Source: Candidatus Thalassarchaeaceae archaeon
GTDB taxonomy: Archaea > Thermoplasmatota > Poseidoniia > Poseidoniales > Thalassarchaeaceae
Direction of reading: 5' to 3'
NCBI GenBank assembly: GCA_023700245.1
Contig: JAJPRE010000005.1
Coordinates: 7,106-71,105 of the forward strand
Length of the DNA: 64,000 bases
Shown here: in pieces, positions 63,540 to 64,000 of the stretch
How the letters are laid out: the number at the start of each line of letters is the position of its first letter
How positions within the stretch are numbered: the stretch's first letter is position 1
The notes under the pieces: generated by a model
Told to the model about the DNA's origin: nothing
Database searches by the model: none
Seen by the model: the letters and a program-made list of their open reading frames with translations, nothing else
Program-made: the position numbers and the translations under genes

Positions 63540-64000
63540 ATGAAACATCCTCTTCTAATTCACTATGGACCAATTCCAGGTTGGTTAATTTTAATTATCA
63601 TAGGTAGCGTTGCTGTAACTTTTTTCCTATATCAAGTAATTAAAGCAACAAGGTTAGTATTATTAGGAGCTCCTGATGATAGGTTTGATTCCTGGGGCTT
63701 AAGATTCAAAGAATTACTAGTTGGCTGGCTAGGGCAAAAAAAGGTATTGAGAGATAAAATTGCTGGTACAATGCATGTTCTGATGTTTTGGGGATTCTTG
63801 ATGCTAGCAACCGATATGTTTGATTTGGCATCTGCTAATTTTTTCTCTAATCACATAATTCCTCAATTACTTATTGGCCCTTGGAATGGGATAGTAGAAT
63901 TGGGATATACATCAGCATTTATTGGTGCAGTGGCTGCATTAATACGAAGAGTTGTTTTTACACCTGAAAAGCTAAAGGGTAAATCTCAATTAGAGGGAAA
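63540..64000 (+). CDS. 3'-truncated membrane protein, probably the membrane N-domain of an HdrD/GlpC-like Fe-S oxidoreductase
   Basis: ATG at 63540 preceded by TAGGAGAT. Open to the window end. Hydrophobic helices with the pattern GTMHVLMFWGFL, typical of membrane-anchored Fe-S oxidoreductases. Confidence 0.5.
   Translation, partial: MKHPLLIHYGPIPGWLILIIIGSVAVTFFLYQVIKATRLVLLGAPDDRFDSWGLRFKELLVGWLGQKKVLRDKIAGTMHVLMFWGFLMLATDMFDLASANFFSNHIIPQLLIGPWNGIVELGYTSAFIGAVAALIRRVVFTPEKLKGKSQLEG

Noticed and set aside
1-64000. Eukaryotic contamination or chimeric assembly, suggested by the transferrin-like, RCC1, thrombospondin-type and ephrin-receptor-like domains.
   Set aside because: Genes are intron-free, tightly packed and often overlap by 1-4 nt. 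They have Shine-Dalgarno-like sites and are interleaved with archaeal markers (TBP, aroA'/aroB', RibL, HTH_10). A native archaeal locus fits better.
1-64000. Search for CRISPR arrays, rRNA genes, integrases, transposases or prophage genes.
   Set aside because: I found no regularly spaced direct repeats, no rRNA-like segments and no recombinase or transposase motifs in any listed ORF. This was a by-eye scan only.

Overview
Visibly AT-rich, densely packed, intron-free prokaryotic chromosome segment with about 55 protein genes and one tRNA. I found no rRNA, CRISPR array, integrase or transposase. The informational and biosynthetic genes are archaeal: TATA-box binding protein, mevalonate kinase, the archaeal aroA'/aroB' shikimate entry enzymes, a GHMP-type shikimate kinase, RibL FAD synthetase and an HTH_10 (Bat-type) regulator. 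They sit beside bacterial-looking genes (GpsA, bacterial-type riboflavin synthase) and several very large secreted or anchored proteins, including three S8 subtilases. By inference this fits a planktonic marine euryarchaeote of the Marine Group II / Poseidoniales type. Blocks in order: (1) 3-5355, candidate uptake locus with a Cys-repeat protein, a bilobal transferrin-like lipoprotein and a PhnC/PhnE-type ABC importer; (2) gpsA and tRNA-Leu; (3) a 2.2k-aa subtilase/RCC1/TSP3 surface protein; (4) xth plus a shikimate operon; (5) a MoxR-DUF58 module; (6) a xanthine-dehydrogenase-family molybdoenzyme cluster with XdhC, MocA, a regulator and an embedded protease; (7) a CaCA exchanger, a Zn-ribbon-E1 alpha/beta fusion, MoeB-rhodanese and TrxB; (8) a riboflavin operon; (9) a subtilase fused to an AmpG/PAT-family MFS permease; (10) housekeeping and repair genes (V-PPase, PolX, Nth, Bcp, NifU-like, Grx); (11) a PKD-rich surface protein, TBP, mevalonate kinase and a truncated membrane Fe-S protein. 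The best novelty candidates are the transferrin-like/PhnCE locus, the protease-transporter fusion, a roughly 55-aa insertion in TBP, and an HcrB-like Cys-rich loop in the molybdoenzyme FAD subunit. All functional calls rest on motif recognition by eye and need HMM or structure confirmation.
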